A stretch of DNA of 64,000 nucleotides from Lytechinus pictus (Eukaryota), in assembly GCF_037042905.1 (NCBI RefSeq), contig NC_087251.1, positions 14,448,001 through 14,512,000 of the forward strand, in the 5' to 3' direction. Positions 51,704 to 64,000 of this stretch are shown in pieces (the first letter of the stretch is position 1; each line of letters begins with the position of its first letter). Under the pieces are notes generated by a model. The model did not search any database and was not told the origin of the DNA. It worked only from the letters and a program-made list of their open reading frames with translations. Position numbers and translations under genes: made by a program.

Positions 51704-52085
51704 ATGTCTGCCCAGCATGACTGCGTCTCCATTAAGCAAGAGCCATATTGTAATGGTGAAGAGGACAACTATCAAAGTCCGAACCAGAATCTTACATCAC
51801 GCAAATCACACTCAAACCATAGCCTTCATGTTTTAGAAGAAGAGCCTCCTCTCGCATGTCTTGAGGTTACAGAACACCAACGTGTTATGCATCGTGCAGG
51901 GATGAAGCACCCCCGATGGTGGAAATACATCGTGCTCTTTGGAACATTCTTGGATTTTCTACTGGTTTTTGGTTTCTTCAAAGGTATCGGTGTGTTCGTT
52001 GTGGAGTGGCAAGAACATTTTCAAATAAGCTCTGTCAAAGCCGGCACCATTACCATTGGGACAGCTTTTGTTATGCCTTTTACAA
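51704..52085 (+). CDS. Monocarboxylate transporter (SLC16 family, MFS), first coding exon
   Basis: RWWKYIVLFGTFL...GFFKGIGVFVVEWQEHF resembles the MCT TM1 region; donor a|gtaagc at 52086 (phase 1); upstream acceptor at 51670-51671 implies a further 5' UTR exon. Confidence 0.85.
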
Positions 52086-53710
52086 GTAAGCATCTTTTGT
52101 AAAACTATTAAATAAAAGTACAGTTAGCACTATTGCTATAGCTCTGCATTTATGTCTTCACTTCTCTTCCATTGTTGTATTTCTTTGTTTAGGGGTTGGG
52201 GTTTTCAAAATATTGTTTATATTTTTATTAATAAATTATGCAAATAAGCGAATGAAATTACCCTAATTTTGTGTGTATGTTGTTGCCTTTAACTCACTTT
52301 ATATACTTTATATTTGTGAAATTGTCAATTTTTACATTCCTCACAAATATCTACGAAAAAAAATGTTACAACATAATTAATTTCTTTTTATTTCTTATGT
52401 ATTTCTTTTTTCAAACCTATGCTCTTGTTGTTTTTCCTGTAAACTATGTCGGGGACAATTTTGCGATCATAAATAGCATAAAATAATTCCACTATTCCAA
52501 CAAAAGTATAACAATTTGCATCGACTTTGTACAAATTTTTTAAAGCAATTTTGGATCTGACATGCGCTTACAAATTGTGTAATTTGGGAACTTCCCGGGC
52601 ATCGCAAAATTATTGGTCTCAAAAAATGCGCAAGACTTGAAAGTAAAACGTCAGAGAGCCTCGCGTAGTGACGAAAATTGTCGAGGGGGTCAATTTGACC
52701 ACCCCTCCCCAGTTTTGTAAGGGTTAACAAATCCATATTAAAACAAAGAGTACATGCCGGATACTTTAACAAATCATCGCGCGTTGTAAGGTACTCGTGT
52801 GAAGTTTAAGTCCACTTCTTTACATGATATGAACTGAAATATAATTGCTTAGAATGAGAAAAAAAGAGTTGATAAGAGAAAAATTCTTAAATGATACAGA
52901 AATCATATTTAATGCTTATGCGGATGATAAGATATTGTATCTTGAAGGTTGAGACGACCAGTTTTGTTTAGAGTTAGGTATTAGGAAGATTAAAATGCCT
53001 TTCTGTGCTAGCATTGAACAAAATATAAATCCAGATTATCAATTTTGGTCAGTATTGGCCGTCGGCCATTGCATTGTCTGGGTTGACAGTCGAATTGGAG
53101 ATTGCATGGGCGGAGGATTTTTTTTTTATAAAATCTTGGTATGAAAAGGGTTTAGTTACACTATTCTTTGATGAGAACGACAGTATTTTTACATCATGTT
53201 CTTTGAGCTCAAAACAGATACAAGTTTGAATGCTATTTTGTAGAATTCAATTCTATGCAAGCAGAAGATAAGATAAATATCCCTAACCAGATGCAATTCA
53301 TATCAACATACAATTTTGAAAACAGAATGAAAGTGACGAGGGTCTGTCGGTATAGTTTGGGTGTTCATCAATTTTTAACTGCCCTAAAACAGCTATGAAA
53401 TGGAATGCTCAATAAAATGCTCCAAAATCAGATTGTACCAAAAAATGTTTCGTACAGGTCTATCAAATATTGTTTATCAACAACACTTAGTTATTTCTAT
53501 GTAAAAACATTAATGCTTCGAAGTCTTATCAATGTCCTTTATGTAACGAAATCTGAGGAGAGCATAAATGATTATGTTTTGATTCGCCAGTTTCTAGAGG
53601 TTTTATTGTCGATGTACAACAATTTATTTTAGAAGGTGAATTTATTTTAAGTAAGAAGTTTCAGCTGTCAGCTTTAATTCATTTTTAATCTATATTCTTA
53701 TCTCTCTTAG

Positions 53711-53851
53711 CACCTTTAGGGGGAGCATTGAGTCAGCGATATGGATGTAGACCTATAGCTATTATTGGAGGCTTGATTTCGTCTGGTGCCACCTTCGGGG
53801 CTGCCTTTAGTCCAAATTTACCTATATTAATCATTCTGATATGTATATGTG
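53711..53851 (+). CDS. Monocarboxylate transporter, second coding exon
   Basis: tctctcttag| PLGGALSQRYGCRPIAIIGGLISS...ILICIC |gtaagt; MFS motif A; phase 1 to phase 1; not in the ORF track. Confidence 0.9.
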
Positions 53852-54420
53852 GTAAGTAATCTAAGCCTTGCTGCCAGTTTCCTATCACATTCACACGTTT
53901 GGTAACATTTTTAAACTAAAGGTGCATGTTTATGCATGAAATTTGTATAAGACATATGAGTTGTAGTTAAAATAACATTTTGAAATGTCATTATGATATC
54001 TGTCTAAATAGTTTCAAATAATGAAAAATCTGAGCCCATATTTGAACACAATTATGATATTGCGATTACCGCGTCAAACTTAAAAAATACCTATGTAAGT
54101 TTATGTGTATTATGGCATCCATGTTTGTAAAAATATTACAGGGGCGGTTTTAAGCGGCTTTTCCCAGGGGGGTGGTGATCGAAAAATTGACAACCCCCCC
54201 CCCCCCAAAAAAAAAAAAGGTTTTCACTACACAATGAAGGTCATTTTTGTACCGAGAAATTTGAAAGCACAAAAAGGGTCAGGCTCCAAAATATAGGTCA
54301 TGACCTGTTTTATTTTGGCAGCCCAAGTGGGGGGGGGGGGGGGGGGGGTTCAAACCTCATCCCCCCGTAGATCCGCCACTAGCTCGTATGAATGTACAGT
54401 ATCTCCTGATCACGTTGCAT

Positions 54421-54822
54421 AAAGACCACCGCACACCTTAGGACTGGTCCACGATCCGATTTTGAAATAAATCGCATTTTGCTCATTTTCTGAATATGTG
54501 AATGAAAAAATATTTTTTTCGGGGTTCAAATTATCTGAAAGAATACTAATTTTTTTTTTTTTGCACGTCTTAATTTTGGAGTAAAGGCACAATTAGTTTC
54601 AAATCGTATCGTACAATTGCTGTAACGTCATCACGACGAGATATTTAATTCGCTTTTATTGTAATTGGAGCTACTGTAAAACATAATAACACATTTGAAC
54701 AAGGGTATTCGTACGATGAACTAAAATATTACACAGTAAGATATTCCATGTGTCAATATTATCATCAAATACTACTACGTTTTAGTCGAAAGGCGGATCG
54801 CAATAAGTTGTGCGGTGGCCTT
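54421..54822. mobile_element. Decayed copy of the MITE at 13240-13655, intronic
   Basis: accgcacacctta.gactggtc, aaatcgc.ttttgctcattttctgaa and aattcgcttttatt shared. Confidence 0.8.
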
Positions 54823-55281
54823 CAGACTATATACATCGCAGGGAAGTAATATTTGTTGGATTACAAAACGTTATTTCCCTGTGTGTAGGTCAAAAGCATT
54901 ATATTTTAAACATTTTTTTGTGGTAAGAAGTTTTGTGCAACGGATTTCAAGTCGGGATATTCCTTTTGAAGTCTCTGTTTATCACGTTTCATTCTTCTCT
55001 TTTTGAAATGATTTTACTGGTTATAAAAACATTATGTTAAATCTATCTATCTTATCGATTATATTTATTAATGTGAGGTAATAACAACATTGAAATGAAT
55101 TTCATAAGGAAATTAACAGAAATGAAGTACAGGCCTGTCACACATGGGCCTACCACTTGTATCAGGAATATATAGTAGGCCTATATACGACAGTATAGGG
55201 CTAAAGAAATATCATGATATCCGCAAGTGTATTCCAACTGCACGAGTGCTAATGCTGTTTCTTTGAATTGTTTCTCAATAG

Positions 55282-56187
55282 GGGTTGGAATGAGTATGAC
55301 TTTTGCCCCTTGCCCTGCCGTCCTTGGTTTCTATTTTGATCGCCATCTTGGATTTGCGAGTGGTATCATGATGTCCGGTGTAGGAGCTGGGATCCTGATT
55401 TTCCCTCCCATCATACAAGCACTCTGCAATAGCTATGGTTGGCAAGGAGCTCTTCTGATAACCTCCGCCATCTTCGCACACTGCTCTATATGTGGAATGT
55501 CATATCGCCCCACACCCGCAGAGAGGTTTAATATTGCCAAGCTCCGTGCCTCGCATTCACGGTCTCCATCTCATGGATCAGATATAGAAAACAAAACTTT
55601 CTTGGATGAAGAAAGCAACAAGCAGGGTGTTGCAGATGAGCAAAATGTCAATAGGACGCTTCCCAAAGGTTGCTTTATGACCATTGCAGACAGGTGTGTG
55701 AAGTATGTTCGTTTGCTCCAAATTAATATCATCTGGACTAACAGACATGTAGCGTTGTTCTATACCAGTATTGTATTCGTGTCCTTTGGATACTATTCTT
55801 CACTCGTTTACATGACTGCTAGGTCGGTATATGACCTAGGTGTTACAAAGCAAGACGCGTCCTATGTCTTGTCCACAATGGGAATAAGCAGTATGCTCAG
55901 TAGGATTGCTCATGGTCCTCTCCTTGATAGAAAAATCATATCAGTCTTTCATCTAGCTCCCATTGCCCTGACCATTAGTGGCCTGAGCTCGCTCTTCAAT
56001 CCCCTCGCAAATTCTTACATCCTTCAGCACCTTCTCGCCATCTCTTTTGGGATTGGAAGTGGAGCGTTCAACGGCTTGTGTCCTATGCTTTTACGCTCCC
56101 TGGTTGATTCGTCCATTGTAGCGAGCTCTTTTGGACTGTACGTGATGATCACTGGATTTGGAAACCTCATCGGTACTTTTACTCTCG
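55282..56187 (+). CDS. Monocarboxylate transporter, third coding exon (gene continues; last exon not found)
   Basis: tttctcaatag| GVGMSMTFAP...YFDRHLGFASG...YGWQGALLI...CGMSYRP...GNLIGTFTL g|gtaagt; MCT motifs and consistent phase. Confidence 0.9.
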
Positions 56188-58351
56188 GTAAGTTTGTATT
56201 GATGCTGGTAATTCCGTAGCATATTGTAACCGGCGTCGGGTTACAATAGCATTATAAATTTCATGTATATTAAATAAATGAAAAATTAAATGAAACCCTT
56301 GAAACTTGTGTGAAAGCGAGAAAAAATAAATAAATCAACAAAAGTTTGAGTGAAATTGAGCAAGAAGTAAGAAAGTTAAAAACATTTGAATGTCGAGATC
56401 ACTATATGTGGATCCTTCCATTAGCAAGATCTTTGATGTCACACAATGGAAATTTACCCCCCAAACATATCTTTGTTGCTCATTCTAACGATATGACAAA
56501 CAATTAGTCTATTAAATACTCTGTCATTAAGAAAATTCCTAATCTTGTAATACACTAGCTTAATTTAGGTAATGGAAAAGTTTTATGTGTGTGACTACAT
56601 TACCAAGTGGGGGATGTACTTAGAATTAGTGATCTAAATATTCAAATGTTCATAACATTCTTATTTTTCATACAACTTCTTTAAGCTTTCATTTTTATTT
56701 TTATTTATTTTTTCTCTTTTATAAAAAAATCAACTTGTTTCAATGATTTAATTCTCCTGTCGCACGCATGAAGGTAAATCGGTTCCAGACACTAGTCAAA
56801 TTATCAACTTCAACCCGGGTTTAAACACTGTACCCTACCCTAAACCTTACATAAAACCCTATTGCAACCCTGACCCTAACCCTATATCTTAGACGAAATT
56901 AAGCCCGGAGCAATTGTCGCAGGAGCAAATATCGTGTCACCAGTAAATCAACCAGTTTGAACTCTGATCTGTTTGTACAATATTACATGAGAGTGCTCTT
57001 CTCAGAATGGATGTAACTCAGGGGCGGCGGGCGGCGATTGGAAAGTGGGGGGCACAGGGAAAAGGGACACCTTTTCTTTCGAAAAATGCACTTTCTTAAA
57101 ACAGAGAAAAAAGGACTTATCTTCAGTGGCGCAATGGGCCAAACTTTTGAGGGGGCTAGATATGTCATATCACGTCAGTTCATAAGAATTTTGACATTTT
57201 TATAACGAAAATCCAATTCTGTGATAGATTTTGACAACTTATATTCAGAAAATAATATATTTCACCCTTCTCTCCTTCCTTTCCTCTTTTTTTCTTGGTC
57301 GTGAAAAAGTTGGCGAGGGGGCAAAAGCTCTCAAGCCCCCCCCCCCTCTATCTGTACGCCTCTGTTTATCTACCCCACTCGTGAAGCTTAAAGCACATAG
57401 GATCATCCTTACAAGTTTTGTAGTAACATATACAAAATTAATGAGAATATTGTTCTCTTGTTTCAAAGGGGCACTCGTTAACACATAAAATAGGTCCTTC
57501 ATGGGTAAAAGGGGCACAGAACACGTTCGTAAGGGGCATTTTTCTAAGGTAAAAAGGGGCACTGATTCGAGAAAGGGCACTTAAGAAGGCAAGGGGGCAA
57601 TAACGGGTCCTCAGTCGAAAGGAGCACAGAACACGTTCGAGAGGGGGCATTTTATTAGCTCGCTAAATAAAATGGCACTTGGTAACATTGGCATTTTTCT
57701 TGAGTAAAAAGGGCACTTTTTCTTTGCTTCAAAAAGTGTGGGGGCACTGTGCCCCCCAGGATCGCCACCCCTAATTTAACTGAATTTTGACAATCATCGC
57801 ATAACCTTGCTTTCCGATTACAGTAACGATTTGTGAAGTGTACTTTTGCTATGCCAGGGAATTTAACTTTTAGCAAAATGCATTTGGGCATAAAGCGTAT
57901 TAGACATTACTTTAGCATTTATAAAATGATAATTATTATCATTGTTATTCAGGGCCGCTTCTGAGCGCGCTTTTCTGTTTATAACTTTGAAAAACTTAAA
58001 AACGAAATGAAATGGGAATATCAATACAAATATCATTTTTTTAAATCAGTTGAGTCTTGAAGCGGCAAATAACAAGTATGTTAGGTTTCGTTGAAATATT
58101 CTTTGATAATCATACGATAAACTAATTTTCTCTGATTGGGAAGTACAAGACTTAGTCTGAACTGCTCTCGTTCATTTTAACGATAATTTTATTAATTTGG
58201 TAATAATAGAATAGTAATACAAATGCAGCTCGCTATTTTCCCAATCAAGCTGATGATCTTTTTAAAAAATCTTCTGAGTTCATTCAGAGAAGTGATGGAA
58301 CCACATTTTGCTTTAACCTAGTATTGCCATTTTACTCAGAGCATTGCACGA

Positions 58352-58930
58352 TAATTCAAGTTCAAGTTCAATTTATTCAAAAACCAGACATATTATGAGT
58401 ACAAATCAATGATCAGATGGTACAAAAGAATACATGATACAATATGAACGGTTTTCTAGGACCCCGAAGAAGCACAGCTTGTGAGTGGGGCCCTATACCT
58501 CTAAATAAGATGTAGATCTAAATGTATAAAATGACAAAGGAGAATACATAATAAACAGATATATCGACTACAAATATGTACAAAATGTACATTAAACGAG
58601 TGTCAGCATAAACACAAACACACTCACACACACACACACGCAAACACACATGACTAGGGTGGCCAACTACGAGATACATGTAAAACATAATAGACTCTAT
58701 GGAAGAAAAAACTTTCTAATTTAACTAAGATAATAGATTGTCAAAGAGGTATTTTTTACATTGCACTTTAAACCGATAAAGAGTTGTACAGTTCCTAATA
58801 TCAGAAGGTAACCTGTTCCACTCCTTGATACAGGTTGTTATGAAAGAATTTAAGGATACATTAGTTCTTACATAAGGTCGGTGGATAAAGTTATGTTGAC
58901 GTGTATTGTAATTGTGTATCAATGGTATAT
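58352..58930 (-). mobile_element. LINE (L2/CR1 group) 3' end fragment
   Basis: HNYNTRQ...CIKEWNRLPSDIR...FK; minus-strand tail aataaattgaacttgaacttgaa. Confidence 0.75.
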
Positions 58931-59527
58931 GCAAACCATACTGCTTGTGTACACAATATACATGTGTTTACAGTGAAATGTTACAGGCTTATCTTCGAGC
59001 TGTTTTTTTTTTTCATTCCAAGGACGGCTATTGTTGGTTATTGAATAAAAAACCCGATGACGTGTGTAACTGTCTTCTGTATACGGATGCATGTGGCGTG
59101 TGTAGGAGCATGGCAGTTAAAAATTACATATTCACTTGAATATTTCACCCTGAGTATCTTGAGGCCGGATGTCCATTTGGATGACAAGAGTAATTAATGT
59201 TACAAAACTGAACATTAAACCAAATCAGATGAAGATAAATGTAGATTTTTACCCTTTTGATGGAGAACAAAGCTGTATCCAACTGACTCGAATTATGCTG
59301 TTCGAAGCTCTTTATTCGTTGGTTTAGTCACATGAAATAAAATCATTTAATTGTTTTTCCCCTTTTATTTAAAGTCCAGCTTACAATGCGATCGATACGA
59401 CGCGATTTTTTTAATAAATCGCATTTTGAATTAAATGTAAAATTTCTAAGAAGTAAAATAATCTTATCTAAAGTTCGGCATAATATTGGGAATAATAAAG
59501 TCATTATTTTGCGTTACGGCAAGTCCT

Positions 59528-59903
59528 TAGTCTGCTGTGCAAACCCTTCACTCGAGTAAAGGGTCTGATTGTGCAGCCTACTCACGCATTGTTTACTGAA
59601 GGCCCTCTCGCTCAGGAATTGAAACAGCAGGTTTTGTATGTGCTAGTCTTTGCGTAGAGACACACTTGTTGATCAAATTAAGTTTCAATCAGGGTCTGTG
59701 CCTGCAGACTAGCAAGCCCTAGTCTGCTGTGCAAACCCTTCACTCGAGTAAAGGGTCTGAAGGTGCAGCCTACTCATGCCTTGTGTACTGAAGACCCTCT
59801 CGCTCAGGAATTAAAACAGCAGGTTTTGTATGTGCTAGTCTTTGCGTAGAGACACACTTGTTGATCAAATTAAGTTTCAATCAGGGTCTGTGCCTGCAGA
59901 CTA
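59528..59903. mobile_element. Head-to-tail pair of 184-bp MITEs (TAG...CTA ends)
   Basis: tagtctgc...gcagacta at 59528-59711 and 59720-59903, separated and followed by gcaagccc. Confidence 0.85.
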
Positions 59904-60431
59904 GCAAGCCCTGTTGTCGGAGTAAGTCCAAATCGGCTTCAAGTCACAGTCGATGATGACGTCATTACGATTTAGAATTCAATTTGCATTTATTCCTACA
60001 GGGAGATTCGAACGAGACTGAATTTCGACTTCAGTAGTCCTAGCACTATTATGAACTCTGATCAGTAAGCTTTCTTAAGTTGGAAAGTGAATATCAAAGT
60101 TTATTACAATTTCTTTGAAATTCGGATCGCAACGAATCGTAAAGTGCGGCGGGCTTTAGAATTAACATTGATTCAGTTCTTCATAAAATCTATAAAATCC
60201 GCATTTCTCCAAATTAATTTCATGCGATTGAGCCATTCTTAATACATCTAAAAAAAGAAGACCCTTTTCATCTCCAAATGCAACATATCAAATTACTCAT
60301 TGCTCATTTACATATGTGTTTATGTATATAACTGTTTCACAAAAAACGTGTAATTTAAAACTGTAACATTATTACAATTTATTTCTTTATCTCGTTTTTA
60401 TGAAAATTTCTTGGTAAGCATCTGATGATCA

Positions 60432-61732
60432 TCATGTGTAAGCATCTGATGGATCACCTAGTGTCCAACTACATCATTACATCTCTAAATCATGGGTTTA
60501 GATCTGGGCACTCGACTGTAACTCAACTTATCACGACTGTTCATGATCTCGTATCAGCATATGACAGACGAAGGCAGATTCATGTGGCAATTCTCGATTT
60601 TTCAAAGGCCTTTGATACGGTTCCTCACAACAAGTTGCTGCACAAGCTAACCTCTATTTCATTGGCTGCAAACATTCCTCACCACTAGATAAATGTCGGT
60701 TGTAGTGGACGGTCATCGATCTACAGCAGTACCGGTTATATCAGGCGATCTGCAGGGCACCGTCCTCGGGGCCTTTGCTCTTCCTCTGCCTCAAGTACGC
60801 CTCTTGCTGATGATTGCCTACTATACTGGCACATTAAATCACAACGAGATCACACGATACTCCAGGATGACCTCAACAAACTGGATGAGTGGTCTGAAAT
60901 ATGGGGCATGACATTTAACACAAGTAAATGCACCATATTAAGTGTCAACACAAAGTCAACCCATTTCTGCACGCTGTGAGGTCAGATCCTAAAACAGGTA
61001 ACAGAGCATCCTTACCTTGGAGTTACCCTGAACGAGAAGTTGAATAGGAGCCCGCATGTTGCCATCACGACTCGTAAAGCAAGTGAAGTACTAGCACTCC
61101 TTAGGCGAAACCTGCGCTTCTGCCCAGAAGACTGCACGAGAACTGCCTACATTGCCCTTGTTAGATCTCTCATGGAATACGGAGCCATTGTATAGGATCC
61201 TTACTTAATGAAAGACATCGATGCCCTCGGAAGGATTCAACGCAGAGGAGCTCGCTTTATCACGAAAGACTACAGATCCAGAGACCCTGGTAGTATGACA
61301 CAGAAAACCTCAAACTGCCGACGCTAGCATCAAGGAGGAAATGTGCAAGACTCTCAACCTACTTCAAAGTGGTTGGGGGTTGGTACCAGCCCTCCCTTTG
61401 AATAATCTCTTTAGACCTACAAGACAAAATAGGCAAATAAAAGCAAAGAAATTTGCTGGGTTTGAGTCAACACACCTAGGTGAAATGCAAGTCCTAGACC
61501 ATAATAACTGTTTTGCAGTCGCGAATTTCAATACTGATCAATATAAGAACTCGTTTTTCGTACAAATAACAGTGGACTGGAACCATCTTCCAGCCACCAT
61601 AGCAACTTCTCAGACAGTCGCAACCTTCAAGGCAGCTGATGTAGACCACCTTCTCCGGTACTGCTAATCTCCATAAGCCCTCTCTCTCACCCGGTGCGCT
61701 CTACCAAAACGGTATACATCCAGATCCAGATC
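60432..61732 (+). mobile_element. Decayed 5'-truncated LINE (CR1-like RT)
   Basis: HGFRSGHST, ILDFSKAFDTVPH, QGTVLG, YLGV, SFFVQITVDWNHLP with frameshifts; tail atccagatccagat. Confidence 0.85.
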
Positions 61733-61789
61733 ATTTGATTGTTCGGTTTTGCTCTATTTATTCAAATCAACTTGATCACAGTTGACTAT

Positions 61790-63836
61790 GTACCTACAAA
61801 ACAACAACGCAAAAAGAAAAAAGACGTTGTGGCTTACAAGGAGAGCACAGAAATAGATTCGCCGCAAACACAGAGCATGGAAGTGATATAAAGCCCAGAA
61901 GACAACTTAAAGATTTGAACAATATAAGCAGTGCCAGAAGGAGGCAAAGCATGAAGTAGAAGTAGCCAAAAGAAGCTTTGAGAAAAGACTAGCTGAGAAT
62001 ATAAAGGAAGATACCAAAAGCTTTTATGCATAATGTGAGAACGAAACAGAATGTAAAGGATTCTGTCGGGCCTCTTAAGAATGAATCTGGCGAAACAATT
62101 AACCCAGGAGTTGATACAGTTAACGCCCTCAACAACTACTTTGCGACATCTTTACAGATGAGAAAGATGAAGCACCCATTCCTGAAACTATATCTCAAGG
62201 ACCTAATGACATGTTTCTCAAAGAGTTCTTGATAACTGATGAATGTGTCAAAAAGAAGTGCTTGATCCAACTGAGGCTGTAAGACCAGATGAGATACATC
62301 CAGTCATTCTCACGACTATGGCAACCCAATTATGTGTACCCCTAGCCTACATCAACAGGTCCTTAGAAGAAGGAATAGTGCCTACAGATTGGAAACTTGC
62401 CCATGTTATCCCAATCTTCAAAAAAGGATCAAGGTCTAAGCCTAGCAACTATATACCAATCAGCCGTATTTCAACGTCTGGTAACGTGATGGAAAGCATA
62501 ATTAGAGACAAGATAACTGAGCACGTTGACAAATATAACCTTATCTATGACACTCAACATGGCTTCCCCAACTGAATGCAAACAACAACGAACCTGCTGG
62601 TGTATCTCGATCGAACTCGTCACAAAGAGAGTGGATGAGGGTACACCACGTCGTATATCCAACGAATTGTTAACCGTGTATTGTATTTCTGTGCGTATAT
62701 CTAGATCTAGCAAAAGCATACTGACACTGTGGCACACAAAAGATTAATCAGGAAAAATTGAAGAACATGGAATCGGTGGTAAGTTACTACAGTGGATCAA
62801 ATGTTGGCTCAGTGATCGTAAACAAAGAGTTAGTACACAGGGAGCAGAATCCAATCGGAGGCAAGTTACCAGCTCCGTTGTTCAAGGCTCTTTGCTGGGC
62901 CCAATCTGTGTTTTTTTTGCACGTAAATGATACGAATATTGGAATCAACAATGACTACAAAAAACAGCAAATTTGCAGATGATACCAAGCTTATAAATAC
63001 ATGCTGTACTAATTGACGATGACACACAATTTATGCAACAATCGATCAATCACCTCGATAGATCGGCAGCAAAATGGCTAATGAGACAAGTGTGGAATTA
63101 TGCACTTTGAATCCAACAACCCTCACCAAATGTATTCACTGAATGGCTCTGCACTAAAAGTAACAGTCGAAGATAATGATCTAGGCATTCCTGTCAATAA
63201 ATCACTAAAAGTTGCTTCCCCGATGTGCAGCAGCGGCCAAGAGAGGTAATAAGGTACTAGGGATGATCGCAATTTTACCTATAAAAACAGACAAGTGATC
63301 CTGAAATTATATAAATCGCTGGACGTCCACATTTGGATAATACAATGCAGACTTGGAATTCATACCTAGCAAATGACAAAAAAATACTGGAGAAGGTCCA
63401 ACCAAGATCTACGAAAATGATCCCTGATATCCATTACCTATCCTATGACAGGCTCGCCAGATTAAACCTTAATACGTTGGAAAGGAGACCTCATTCAAAC
63501 ATACCGAATCATGACACAAATGGACAAATCAAACCCGGACAATTATATCCAGAGAGCATAGTGTACCAGAACAAGAGGACACTCTCTTAAATTTGTCAAG
63601 CAACGATCTAGACTGGATATTAAGGAAACACTTCATCAGCCAATGGGTTGTTGATCAATGGATTAAACCCCCACAGTCCACAGTTGATGCAGCAACAATT
63701 CTGCATTTTAAGATACAATGATCAAAACTGGGTTATTAAATGGGCTCTAAGATCCTTCTTAATCCTGTCACACTCATCTGTACATCCTCGTCGTGAAGAC
63801 AGTGAGATGTAGCCATCAAGGTAACTTTAAGGTAAC
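61790..63836 (+). mobile_element. Decayed CR1-type LINE ORF2 and 3' end
   Basis: VGPLKN, PDEIHP, VPTDWKLAHVIPIFKKG, QHGF, KFADDTK, LEKVQ; tail aaggtaac x2. Confidence 0.85.
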
Positions 63837-64000
63837 AGAATGGTGTTAATGTCTTATACAGGATCCTGCACTGAAATAAGTATTATAACTTAATGTTGGC
63901 TCTGTTGAAATTGATAATGCTTCCTGATTTCTACAGTTCATATTATCATAATTATCATTGGTTGTTATGAAACACTGCCAAAATGTAAAAGTATTGACAA

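Noticed and set aside
58912..59139. Candidate last exon of the MCT gene
   Set aside because: AG sites are present but the translations show no MCT C-terminal helix features.

Overview
AT-rich, repeat-dense animal genomic DNA. The repeat landscape suggests an echinoderm, probably a sea urchin (inference only). The dominant structure is a 36.4-kb segment (270-36708) bounded by a perfect 43-bp terminal inverted repeat (TGT...ACA) and an exact 6-bp direct repeat (TTCGTA), i.e. it looks like one giant DNA transposon insertion. It carries a minus-strand, spliced, retroviral-type (rve, DDE) integrase gene of the Ginger/TDD/KRBA2 kind. A ~40-copy 291-bp satellite array lies in a predicted 12-kb intron of that gene. 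Further right are a chain of small non-coding exon candidates and a cluster of long palindromes near the right end; the left half looks like host DNA with nested MITEs and SINEs. Right of the element are a foldback element, several decayed LINEs, one young 5'-truncated Rex1/Babar-like LINE, a non-autonomous piggyBac-like element, and three coding exons of an SLC16/monocarboxylate transporter gene whose last exon was not found in the window. All gene structures are read by eye from splice signals and reading frames; no searches were run.
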